Part shown: one piece after another, positions 1 to 11,605 of the stretch | How positions within the stretch are numbered: position 1 is the stretch's first letter | Layout of the letters: each line of letters begins with the position of its first letter | From: Nemertoderma westbladi | Lineage: Eukaryota > Animalia > Xenacoelomorpha | Direction of reading: 5' to 3' | Assembly: GCA_032718475.1 (NCBI GenBank) | Contig: JAUCBJ010006757.1 | Span: 18,822 to 82,821, forward strand | Length of the DNA: 64,000 bases | Program-made: the position numbers and the translations under genes | Notes under the pieces: model-generated | What the model was told of the DNA's origin: nothing | Databases searched by the model: none | What the model saw: the letters and a program-made list of their open reading frames with translations, nothing else

Positions 1-1075
1 GTATACTTACCCGCACCTACCTCCTACCTAAGCACACCTAGTTAACCGCACCCACCTAAGCACATCGACTTAACCGCACCCACCCACCCACATAAGCACG
101 TGTACTTAACCACACCTACCCACCCACCCACCTAAGCACGTATACTTACCCGCACCCACCTCCTACCTAAGCACACCTAGTTAACCGCACCCACCTAAGC
201 ACATCGACTTAACTGCACCCACCCACCCACATAAGCACGTGTACTTAACCACACCAACCCACCCACCCACCTAAGCACGTATACTTACCCGCACCCACCT
301 CCTACCTAAGCACACATAGTTAACCGCACCCACCTAAGCACGTATACTTAACCACACCCACCCACCCACCTAAGCACGTTTACTTAACCACACCCACCCA
401 CCCACCTAAGCACATCGACTTAACGGCACCCACCCACCCACCTAAGCACCCCTACTTAACCGCACGTGTACTTAACCGCAAACAATCAACCAACTCACCT
501 AAGCACGTCTACTTAACCGCAAAGCACACCTACTTAACCGCACCCACCCACCTACATAAGAACGTCTACTTAACCGCACCCACCAACCCACCTAAGCACA
601 CCTACTTACCCGCACCAACCCACCTACATAAGCACGTCTACTTAACCACACCCACCCACCCTCCTAAGCACGTCTACTTAACCGCACCCACCCATCTACC
701 TAAGCACAACTACTTAACTGCACCCACCCACCCACCTAAGCACATCGACTTAGCCGCACCCACCCACCCATCTAAGCACACCTACTTAACCGCACCCGGC
801 CACCCACCCTCCTAAGCACATCGACTTAACCGCACCCACCCACCCACCTAAGCACACCTACTTAACTGCACCCACCCACCCACCTAAGCACACCTACTTA
901 ACTGCACCCACCCACCAACCTAAGCAAGTCTACTTAACCGCATCCACACACCAAACTAAGCAAGCACGTCTACTTAACCACACCCAACCTCCCCTACCCC
1001 TACACACCTAATTACCCGCACTCACCTACCCCTACCCACCCCCCCTCCCTCCCACACCCTATTTACCCGCACCGA
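1..1075. repeat. C-rich minisatellite, ~30-32 bp unit (CACCCACCCACCTAAGCACGTCTACTTAACCG-like), truncated by window start
   Basis: Degenerate tandem copies are directly visible, with some higher-order ~140-bp periodicity at the start. Confidence 0.95.
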
Positions 1076-1627
1076 TCGCCCGAACCTAACAAACACACCC
1101 ACCCCTACTTTATCCTACCTTATTCAGACTCCACGGCAAACATTCTCGGAGCAATCGTGCCGTACCAGAAATTTGCAAAAACGTAAAGCAGGGACAGTTT
1201 TCGCCAAAACCTTTTTTACAAGAACCTTTTTTTATAATCGTTTCCTATAAAATAATGCTAAGTTTTTACATCCTAGAACATTCGATAACTATTGTAAATT
1301 ATTGTAATTAATTAATAGGTTGGTTGCTTTTTTTACCATATATTATTAAATAAATGTGAGATAGTTAGTGCAGTTAGTTTAATTATAATATCGTAAACAT
1401 CACTGCACAAAAACGCGTTTTACACACCAGATCTTTAAAACATTACCTTTATTCGCATGCGAAAATAAGGGTTATGCCAGAGCCAGCCTAGAGGCCAAGC
1501 AAGGTACCGGTAGCCGTAGCAATGCTAGAAGCTAGAAGCTTCCTATTGGGTGCTATTTTTAGATCCTTCCCCCTTTTCTTACCCCCTCATCCGTGCCACC
1601 GCTGATTCAGCCAAACAACCCAGGCAG

Positions 1628-1830
1628 CTCCGTAGCCCATCATTGTTCCAATTCTTCCGGTAGGCTATCATTACGGCTCTCCTAATTTGTTTCAAATTTG
1701 TTTCACTGGCATACTTAACATTGTTCCAATTTGTTGAGCTCCGTAGCCCATCATTGTTCCAATTCTCCGGTAGACTATCTTTACGGCCCTCCTAATTTGT
1801 TTCAAATTTGTTTCACTGGCATACATAGCA
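1628..1830. repeat. ~110-bp direct duplication
   Basis: CTCCGTAGCCCATCATTGTTCCAATT...TTTCACTGGCATAC occurs at ~1628 and ~1739. Confidence 0.8.
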
Positions 1831-2276
1831 TTGCAGGTAGGACACCATTACGTGGCTCCTAATATGTTTCAATTATGTTCCAATTTTGTTTCAATTAACA
1901 GAGACATACTAGTGGCAGTACGCGCGCAAAAGATATACCCCTTTTGTTGTCCTTTTAATGACTTTTTATGGATGTATTTCTTCAAACTGTCAGACTGCTG
2001 ATTTCTGGACTGTCAGACAGTTGTTTTCAACATGCCTATGCCAAAACATTCAAAATTTGTTGATTTCTGGTCTGTCGGACAGTTGGTTTCACTATGCCTG
2101 TGCCAAAACATTCCATGATTCCATGATTTATAGACTATGAGATAGAATTCCATATGCGCCTGTGGTAAAAGACTCTAAATTTAATAGTTTGTGGTTGTTG
2201 TAGATAATCGATTACCACATGACGTAGCAAAACACTCATTTTATAGCCAAAAACAATTACCAATTGATGGAAAGGC

Positions 2277-3140
2277 CGGATTTTCTAACCAAAACAATAA
2301 ACAGTCACTTTACCAAATCAGGGAAAGGAGCAGGTTACAGAGGCGGGATTTTCTAACCAAAACAATAAACGATCATTTAACTAATTGAGGGAAAGGAGCA
2401 GGTTACAGAGGCGGGATTTTCTAACCAAAACAATAAACGATAACATTACCAATTGAGAGAAAGGAGCAGGTTACAGAGGCGGGATTTTTTAACCAAAACA
2501 ATAAACAGTCACTTTACCAAATCAGGGAAAGGAGCAGGTTACAGAGATGGGATTTTCTAACCAAAACAATAAACGATAACATTACCAATTGAGAGAGAGG
2601 AGCAGGTTACAGAGGCGGGATTTTCTAACTAAAACAATAAACAGTCACTTTACCAAATCAGGGAAAGGAGCAGGTTACAGAGACGGGATTTTCTAACCAA
2701 AACAATAAACGATAACATTACCAATTGAGAGAAAGGAGCAGGTTACAGAGGCGGGATTTCCTAACCAAAACAATAAACGATCACTTAACTAATTGAGGGA
2801 AAGGAGCAGGTTACAGAGGCGGGAGTTTCTAACCAAAACAATAAACAGTCACTTTACCAAATCAGGGAAAGGAGCAGGTTATAGAGACGGGATTTTCTAA
2901 CCAAAACAATAAACGATAACATTACCAATTGAGAGAAAGGAGCAGGTTACAGAGGCGGGATTTCCTAACCAAAACAATAAACGATCACTTAACTAATTGA
3001 GGGAAAGGAGCAGGCTACAGAGGCGGGATTTTCTAACCAAAACAATAAACGATCATTTAACTAATTGAGGGAAAGGGGTAGGTTACAGAGGCGGGGAAAA
3101 GGAGCAGGTTACAGAGGCGGGATTTTCTAACCAAAACAAC
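2277..3140. repeat. ~62-bp tandem repeat (GAAAGGAGCAGGTTACAGAGGCGGGATTTTCTAACCAAAACAATAAAC...)
   Basis: About 14 tandem units. The same unit recurs at 56940-57200. Confidence 0.95.
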
Positions 3141-3699
3141 CGGTCAGCCGTTAGGCCTACCAGTACCGTATTTAAATGGTAGGCTACACAGTAGGCCTAC
3201 AGCAGTACCGGTGCCGGTACCGGTACTAAAATACAGAAATACCTGCTTTATACCTACATCTGTACATACAATACAGCAAAATAGTGCTATATATACTAAT
3301 ACCGGTACTGATAGCCTGAGAGAACAGCAGTAGAGAAACCGGTAGCATGGAACCTAACATTAGATTTTTGGAGGACATAAAAAATTAAAAAAAAGGACAA
3401 AAAAAGGATTTAAACGGACAATAAAAATTATTGCGTTAGTGAAATATGAAATATTGCGGAAACAACCTATTTTACAGTACGTACCGGTACCAGTACTTCA
3501 ACTTCTAGGTATTTCAGTGCCCCATATTTTCACCTTATAATTATTGTACCAAAGTGAGAAGTTCTCGAGTTTCACGAATTTTTAGATTCAGACATTTCTC
3601 CCTCTTTAAGGAATAACAAAAGACTTTAAGTGTTGGAATGACTTACAATTTGAACAGGTCACTACCGGTACTGTATATATATATACTGTATCATTATAC

Positions 3700-4800
3700 A
3701 TTTGTTGTCACAGTAACACTGATGGTGGGTGATACCTTTGAAGTTTTATGGGGAGACCTCCAAGGTGACACACTTGCAACATTCTTATTCATAATTATTG
3801 TGGTTGACTACTGTATATCCTACGCATGTCCTTCGAACATCATAATGAAGATGGGGTGTTGATCACACCCCCTAATATGGCTACAGAAGTCGAGTAAATC
3901 CAGCCAAGCGCCTAAATGATCTAGACTATGCTAGAGTAGGAGTAGGCCTACAGGTACCTCAGAATCACAAAGAGGGTGCCCAACGACTTCAAACTTTATT
4001 TACCAATACATTTGAAGTTTTTCGTGCTATTTAGTCGTACTGTAGCTGTAACTTAGGCCTACTGTACAACAAAACGGTGTGAGATAAAGTGCTATATTAG
4101 CCTACTTCATACCTGCGGATGGAGGGAGTAAAATAATATTAACAGATCAAACATGTAAAGAATTATCGAATATAATTGCAGTTTCGGGGTGTTTACCGCT
4201 TGTGTTCCCAATTCCAAGGTGGAACAGCCCTTGCTCTATTACCATACTATGCAAAACCATGTGGTGAGGAATTCGCAAAGGGAAAGCTTGATCTGCCATA
4301 CACAAGCTATCCAGGGTCTGGAAGAGTTGTGATATCTCATGCTCTTTTAAAGGCACGCCTTTTCCGTGCAGAAGTGAAGCCTCTATGGCAGCCCATGCTG
4401 GGCTCTAACAGCTGAGAGATACCCGGTCTCTGTATGGTACATATAGGATGTGGGGCAGGGTGCACTGGTGCACAACATTGCCCATGATGTACACATAAGC
4501 AAGCAATTATGTGTTTTACAAAGATGGCAACATCTTATTGTCAAGACCCAGCATTACCCTGCAGAGACGCCACCTGAAGCTTGCTCGGAGCTTTGGCCGG
4601 CAGGATCAACCTTTAGACTACATTGTGCTATGGCAGCCTGCTGGTGAGAATAGGCGAAGTGGACAGCCAATGGCTTACCTAAAACGGCTGCTCAAGGGCA
4701 CCGGACTTTAGAATAGGGATGAACTGGTAAAGTGTAAGCCTATGGCTGATTGTGAGATCTGGGGGCGCTATGTTGCTGTGATCCGCCGACACTGTATATG
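3700..4800 (+). mobile_element. Degraded RTE-like non-LTR retrotransposon fragment (RT and C-terminus), interrupted at ~3995-4255
   Basis: Encodes FEVLWGDLQGDTLATFLFIIIVVDY, IRKGKA*SAIHKLSRVWKS and VLWQPAG. Homologous to the copies at 33386 and 50291. Confidence 0.85.
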
Positions 4801-5240
4801 GCTGACTGTGAGATCTGGGGACGCTATGTTGCTGGGTCCGCCGACACTGTGCAGTATATGGCTGGCTGTGAGATCTGGGGCGCTATGTTGCTGGGTCTGC
4901 CGACACTGTATATGGCTGATTGTGAGATCTGGGGGCGCTATGTTGCTGTGATCCGCCGACACTGTATATGGCTGACTGTGAGATCTGGGGACGCTATGTT
5001 GCTGGGTCCGCCGACACTGTATATGGCTGGCTGTGAGATCTGGGGCGCTATGTTGCTGGGTCTGCCGACACTGTATATGGCTGGCTGTGAGATCTGGGGC
5101 GCTATGTTGCTGGGTCCGCCTGCACAGTATATGGCTGACTGTGAGATCTGGGGGCGCTATTTTGCTATGGGTCCGCCGACACTGTATATGGCTGACTTTG
5201 AGATCTGGGGGCGCTATGTTGCCGTTTTCCGCTGACACTG
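4741..5240. repeat. ~59-bp minisatellite derived from the 3' coding end of the adjacent RTE-like LINE
   Basis: About 8 units of TATGGCTGATTGTGAGATCTGGGGGCGCTATGTTGCTG...GCCGACACTGTA, directly continuing the LINE ORF. Confidence 0.9.
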
Positions 5241-5528
5241 CTGCACCTTAGTGCAAGCCAATCATAATCAACATGAAAAAGCAGCCCACACTTACGCCTA
5301 TGCTTTTATTAGGAGCGAGTAACACAATATGGCAGTAGTAATCACACCATATGTGCATACTTTGGACTTTAGATAGATGGAGCTTTATGACGTAGAGTAC
5401 AGTACTGTAGGTTGTACAAAAGGGCTATTGTAGGTAACATAGTAACCATTTCATTGTGTACTCTGCGCAATGTACTGTACATACCTAATACATTATATAA
5501 GTAGTTACGTTAGTGTAGCACGTACACC

Positions 5529-5559
<31 letters not shown>

Positions 5560-7192
5560 TACCATGCCGCCATGTGTAATTCAAAATAATGTACATTCAA
5601 TAGTGCATTATTCATAGGTCTAGGGATACAATTACCTACGCCATTGTACTGTGTAAGGACTACAATATATTATTTTATGCTACAGTGTTCTTACTGTACT
5701 TCAATGGTATCAAGGGGGGTGAAGGCCATGGAGCGCAAATAACTTTAAATTATTGAATAACGTAAAGTGTATCCAAAAGAAAAATTGCATAAAATGAGAA
5801 TGATATCCCAGGTACGAATCTTTACAATTTACATAATTAACATAAAGAAATTGTATTAAATTTAAATTTAATTTCATTATATATTTTGTTGTACAGTATA
5901 TAAATTTACAATTATAGCTCAGTTTCCAATGCTAAATGTTTCTGAGAGAGAGTGGTGTGGGTGTAATGACAGTGGAGGTGGAAAAGGAGCCTCGGATTGC
6001 ATCCTATGTTATTTATTTTTTCACGTACACTAGGCCTACGTTTACACTTATGCGTTACACTTACGTTTACTTTTACTCTACTTATAGTGATAATAATTTT
6101 AAATAAATTCAAAAAATAAAATGATGAGGTAGGCCTGAATCAAAAAATTGTCTACGGCTTCTATTTAGAGATATACAGTATACAGTTTATAGCAATTAAT
6201 GCGAACAAGGCCAGTACAAAAAGTTAATTAATTCCCCATTGAATGACAAAAATTATCACAGAACACTTAATTCACTTTTGAAGAATGGCATTAATTAGAC
6301 CGTTTAATCAATCGGCAATCAATGCAATCAGAGCATCCAATTAATATACGAGACCTAATTACAGTAAGAATACAGTATAAATATATACTGTATTATAATT
6401 CTCGTTGGGACCAGCTTAGCAAATACGGCAATGATATTCAGGTGGGATCGAACTGGTGACCTTCAGATTAGAGTTACCGGAAACACTAACTGATATTTTG
6501 TGTCCCCAATTAACGTCATCTTGTCAATACCAATCACCTGCTGTCCGCCCACCCAATAATAATTATTATACAGTATCTCTGCCGCGCTCATCTCGATGCT
6601 GTAGACAATTTCATTTATTGTTGTTTATTAATTGTCAATCGCATCAATCACGGGCAACCTGCTGCGTGCAGTGATTACTTTGGGGGTAGGCCTACTGTAG
6701 TAGCAAGTCTCTCCCAAGGACAGGGACAGAATGTCAAACCACCCCCCTCCCCCCCCCCCCCCCCTCATTAAATGTAAACTAAAGAGTTAAATATGGAAAA
6801 CAAATTTTGCTAAGGTGTGTATAACCGTGCAATAAATATATAAATGTGGCATTTACAAATACTGCTACTCACAACAAAATACTGTAAGGTTGTGAATTTT
6901 GATTTGTGGTGAAGGTGAAAATAATTTATTTTAAGACCTCAAACGTTTATTGACAATTAAACAACAATTACCTAAAAACAAAAGATTTAGAAAAAAAGGA
7001 CATGAAAACGCCATGTGAAGAATACCAGGGTTTCACTTTTAGTCGAAATTACATTGGAATTTTAAAATGTATCATCGCAGTATTAATTGTGAAAATTATT
7101 GTGCGAATTTATTAAAAGTGAAAATATAACAACATAAAATCTGGTATAGGCCTACTTCACATGGCAGTATGGGCCCATAAAAACTCACTGCC

Positions 7193-8366
7193 TGTTTGCG
7201 CTTTTAAGACCTTTGACAGTTTAACCTGCCAAAATTAGAATGTCTTTTGGATGATAGATAGTCTTTAGCCTATGACGAGTATTTGATACACTACATTAGC
7301 CGAAGCCAGTCTATGCGCAATCATTCACCCGTTGGATATACCCGGGAGACTGAGTTCGGGGCTTAATGATTGATGGTGTAAGCCTACTGTATTATTCGAC
7401 TGATCGTAATATATAATCTCTGACAAATATTATTCACTTTCGGGAAATATTAACAGTTCCTTTAGGACGTGGCGCTCTAAATATATAAACAGAGTTATGA
7501 CTTAAACTAGACACAACGAAAAGGCTATAGATTCACGTATATGGCACATTCTTTAGGAGATGTTTTGTTATCAGTTACACTCATACACAATGCTGCACAA
7601 TACTGCACACTAATCTGCCGACCTTCACTAAATTTGGTCACGTATAAAGAGAGCAACAGACAATTTATGTTGGGCATATGAAATAGCATTAGATTCACTT
7701 CAAACCACTCAACATAGGTCGCAATCGTTTATCTGTAACCGGTCTCTCTAACCTTTAGTATATCAAGAAGGTGGGGTGTCTGACTATTGATCAGTATTCC
7801 GATATAATATTTCATCAACCAATATAATGAATAACCGACAGTAAAAGCAGTAATATTAATGTATAAATGATTATTAAGTGAATGAGTTAACTTGTGTAAC
7901 TCGTGAGTAGTTAAGATAACAGATATACGTTCTATAATTGAGCCTACTAATGTAAGACTAAAGACTGAAACACGGAGGTGCCAAAAGCCGGTTCTTAGGC
8001 TCTGGGCAAAAACATAACACTGAACTACTGAGTTCTGTATACACCTCCAACACAGAGACAAAAAACGCTCTGATTGGTCAACCGAACAACGAGAGAACAA
8101 AGAAACAAAGAAACGTCGACGTGGCAATATCAGCTGTTAGCCGTCGTCATGGTAGCGACACTGTTTTCAAGAGTATCCAGCTTATCGCGTCACGAGATTG
8201 CGGATTATGTCCTCTAAAGTACAAATACAGTACAAATACAGAAGAAATGACTTTTATGTCCTCTAAAACACCAGTACAGCAAGGACACGGCCTTTTTATG
8301 CCTGGCAAACCAACTACAGAGTACTTTAAGGGAAAATAACCGGTTAATGACGCAAAAGCTTTTACA
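7193..8366 (-). repeat. 3' LTR of element 1
   Basis: TGTTTGCG...CTTTTACA on +. Near-identical to 22085-23253, with roughly a dozen substitutions and a few indels by eye. Confidence 0.97.
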
Positions 8367-8376
8367 CCGCTCCCAG
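8367..8376 (-). other. Polypurine-tract position of element 1 (CTGGGAGCGG, abutting the 3' LTR)
   Basis: Short G-rich tract directly before the TG of the 3' LTR on the minus strand. Identical in element 2 (36521-36530). Confidence 0.65.
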
Positions 8377-8445
8377 AAAATGGGATTTAAGTCTATAAAA
8401 TATAACAAATCACAGTTTCTAAAATATAAAAATACTCTAAACAGT

Positions 8446-9963
8446 TAGTCTTTCTTACGCAGACGGCGTTTACGCAGTTTTTTGAGGCTAGCAAGAGTCC
8501 TTTTCTCTTTGGGGCGAGCCACTTTACTAGGAGGGCTATAAATCCTGGGTGAAGGGTGCAATATGATTGCATCAGAAGGTGTAGGATTATGGTCGGGGTA
8601 TCCGCCGTTTCGATATGCTTCTCCTCGAGCTGATTTTCCTCCGCTCGTAGCTGGATACGTTCATCCAAAAACTCTCGCAGAGAATGGGGTTGTCTAAGTT
8701 CGATATCTTCTTAGAGATTCTGGATTTCACAATCGAACTGAGATAAAGACAATTCGTTTATCGCTTGGACTTGCTGTTACAACTTACGTTTATCTGAACA
8801 AACGCAGGTTTCCTTTCTGATCTTTGTAGAATAGCGTTTAACTCGTTTGGTACAACGTTCTCCGCCACTTTGGTGACAGGTTATATCGTGTTAAGCCGGG
8901 ACGATGGTAAGGGTTAAACGGCGATATTAAATGTCCGCGTCCCAATCCGGCTAGGTAGGATGGGCTAATATCTAGGAAGCCCACAACTGGGGTGCCACCG
9001 ACTAATTGTTCAGGTAACACTAGATCTTTGAGCAGTGAGTACAGCTCGGGAGGATCCGTCATACTAATAGGATCAAGAATCTGAAGTCTCACTAGGGAAT
9101 GAGGAGTTCTGATCGAGTATTCCGAAACTCTGATCATAGGTTTATTTAAGGATCGTCTGAGTCGAACGAGCGTAGGGGATACATCAAACAAGTTTCGCTC
9201 GAAACTCCCGTAAGTATAGCGAGTAAAACCGTGTTTAAAGCAACGTCTCCGCGGATGTTTATGTCTTTCCGTTTGTTGGTTGGGTCTTGGGCATTCATCG
9301 CAATAATACCAAAACGCACGTCTTGTAGGGGAAACGCGAGTGATCTTTCTCCAGCTTACAATATTCCTCCATCCGTTCGAAGCTATCCGGTACAACAGGT
9401 AGCGATCGATCGGCGGTAAGATACATCATAGTGGAATAGAGCCGTTTGAGTCCTACCATGCGGTCATGATGTATACCTTGAGGATATCGAGTTTCTAGAT
9501 TCTGTTGACTGGTAATATCGAGATAGGTTTCTCTCAAGAATTCCAGGTATTTGGTGAAGTCGCTGCGTTTATCCGGCTCTTCGACATCTGCACTTTCGAG
9601 TCGGTTTCGAATAGAATTTTCGTGTTCGAGTCTCAGTTCGTCGTTCCGCTTCCGCTGGGTATGATATTTAAATAAACCATTTCCCTTTGGTGTCTATATC
9701 GTTCGTATCGTGTAGGTCGATAGGATGACCAGTAGTTAAGAAGTCCATATACATACCATTACGATGCGTATAGCGAGCGGTAAATTTTCTACAGTCCAAC
9801 CCACGCGCAAGTTGCTCCCGGGAGATTGGCGGTTAGATATAACGACATCGTCCTCCGTAGTAGTTGGACCAGCGTCGCCGCGTATCAAGCTATCAACAAA
9901 CGCTTGTAAAGGTAGAGTATATCGCTCCCTGATACCAAGATCATCTTCTATCAACTCAATCAT
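8446..9963 (-). pseudogene. Disrupted accessory ORF between pol and the 3' LTR of element 1
   Basis: N-terminus MIELIEDDLGIRERYTLPLQAFVDSLIRG and C-terminus GGYPDHNPTPSDAIILHPSPR...LKKLRKRRLRKKD* match element 2. Several frameshifts and stops. Confidence 0.75.
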
Positions 9964-11605
9964 ATCTGCTATATAAGTTTATCCATATTATAATGAGTTC
10001 ATATTTAGGCGAGCGGGCGTCGCTGCCTACCCCTCTCTGCCCCCGGACAGTGCGAGATCCTCAGCGCTGGTGTACTTTCGCCGATGTGCCTATCGCCAAC
10101 GTCGTAGCTGCACAACGACCACAACAACCAGCACGAGCCACTCCACCGTCCGTCCCAAAGGCTTAGATATACTTCAGGTTCTTACTGGAGAGTTAGGGTT
10201 ACTTTCACAATTGCGACTCGCTACTGTAAACACACCTTAGTAGTAACATTCACCTACAAACGCACAAATTCCACGTAACAGTCACAAATGGTACACATTC
10301 TATCACACATTCGGGTCATTTGTCCGTTAGTCAAGTGCCTTCCAGAATGTCACGTTGTTATTATGTATCCTTGGATACTAGCGGTGTGCTATTTATTCCG
10401 TATGTTATTCAATACGCAAGCCCTTTATTGTTCTTTTAACTCACTTCTAATTCTAGCGTGGTTGTTGCCATGGTGACATTATGGAAAGCTAGCGGTAGAA
10501 TTAGGGTAATTCTCATGCATACAGATCTGGGATGCTATTTAATAGTAATTCTTTAATGGTCAATATCCCTTTTATACATGATTCTATGAATTTTATCGGC
10601 TATTGACTATACATTGGAGATTCTCGCACACAAATACACTTAATAGAGTGAATCTCCGCTCCCATGATCTATTAATTAATGGAATTTTGGGAATGTTATA
10701 AATTGTATAAAATGACAATTTATTAATTCATTGAAATATATGAATTTAAATTTATTCCCGGAAATTTTATTATTTAATGTTAAATAGACACAATTTGATT
10801 CCAGAGCAGGTCTGGGGACATAGGATCCTTAATTCTAGGAATTTTGTCCTTTTAAGAGTATCGGTAAGTGCTACGATATCTTAATCGACTAGAATTTTAA
10901 AGGATCTGATATTTGACAGAATTTTGTAAATATTAATAATTAATATTTATGATGGGCACCAGTTTATTCCAGAACTTGTCTGGGGACGTTAACCATTGAT
11001 TCTAGAAATTTGTCTTTCAAGTATATCGGTGGGTGCCGCGATATCTTAATCGACTAGAATTACAGATGGTCAAAGGGTTTAACAGATTTATTTTGCGTTA
11101 TACGCTACTGTTAAAGGGACATCACGCTACTATATGTATTATTTAATATACGGTATGAGAGCAATATCGCACGAAGCAATGTCAGTGTGAAGAGGCAAGT
11201 CGTTTCCAAGGTCTACCCAGAGCTTGGTTTAGCCGAGACACGAGGATCTGAACTTTGCATTCCTAATACTCTGCCTACCAATAATACTTGAATATAGTAG
11301 TGGCTTTATTGTACTTTAATAAGTACGGACATTTCATCTTACTGTAGTTACGTATTTATAATATAATACGGACAGTAAGGAAAGAGAAAAACACTTGTTT
11401 CTCACCGTCACACTAAATATAATATAAGTAATTACGTACGCAATAAACACGAATATATTGCACTATTCTACTCAATAATCGCTAAATAATATTCTACTAA
11501 ATTAAATAAAACGATTATAATAAAATTACATAGTAATACATACATAAATATAAAAATAATAAAATAATATAAAATAATAGAGTCACACGCCCACTCCGAA
11601 CGATA

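Noticed and set aside
7729-8408. ORFs within the LTR
   Set aside because: They are not preserved between the two LTR copies or in element 2.
8446-9963. env gene
   Set aside because: No signal peptide or transmembrane anchor is visible, and the C-terminus is highly basic.
10040-10095. Hammerhead ribozyme (minus strand CGAAA...CTGAGGA)
   Set aside because: There is too little sequence between the cores for stems I and III, and the motif is not conserved in element 2.
11200-11260. HDV-like ribozyme around AGA-TCCTCGTG-TCT (minus strand)
   Set aside because: No P1 partner or P1.1 GG is in the required position.
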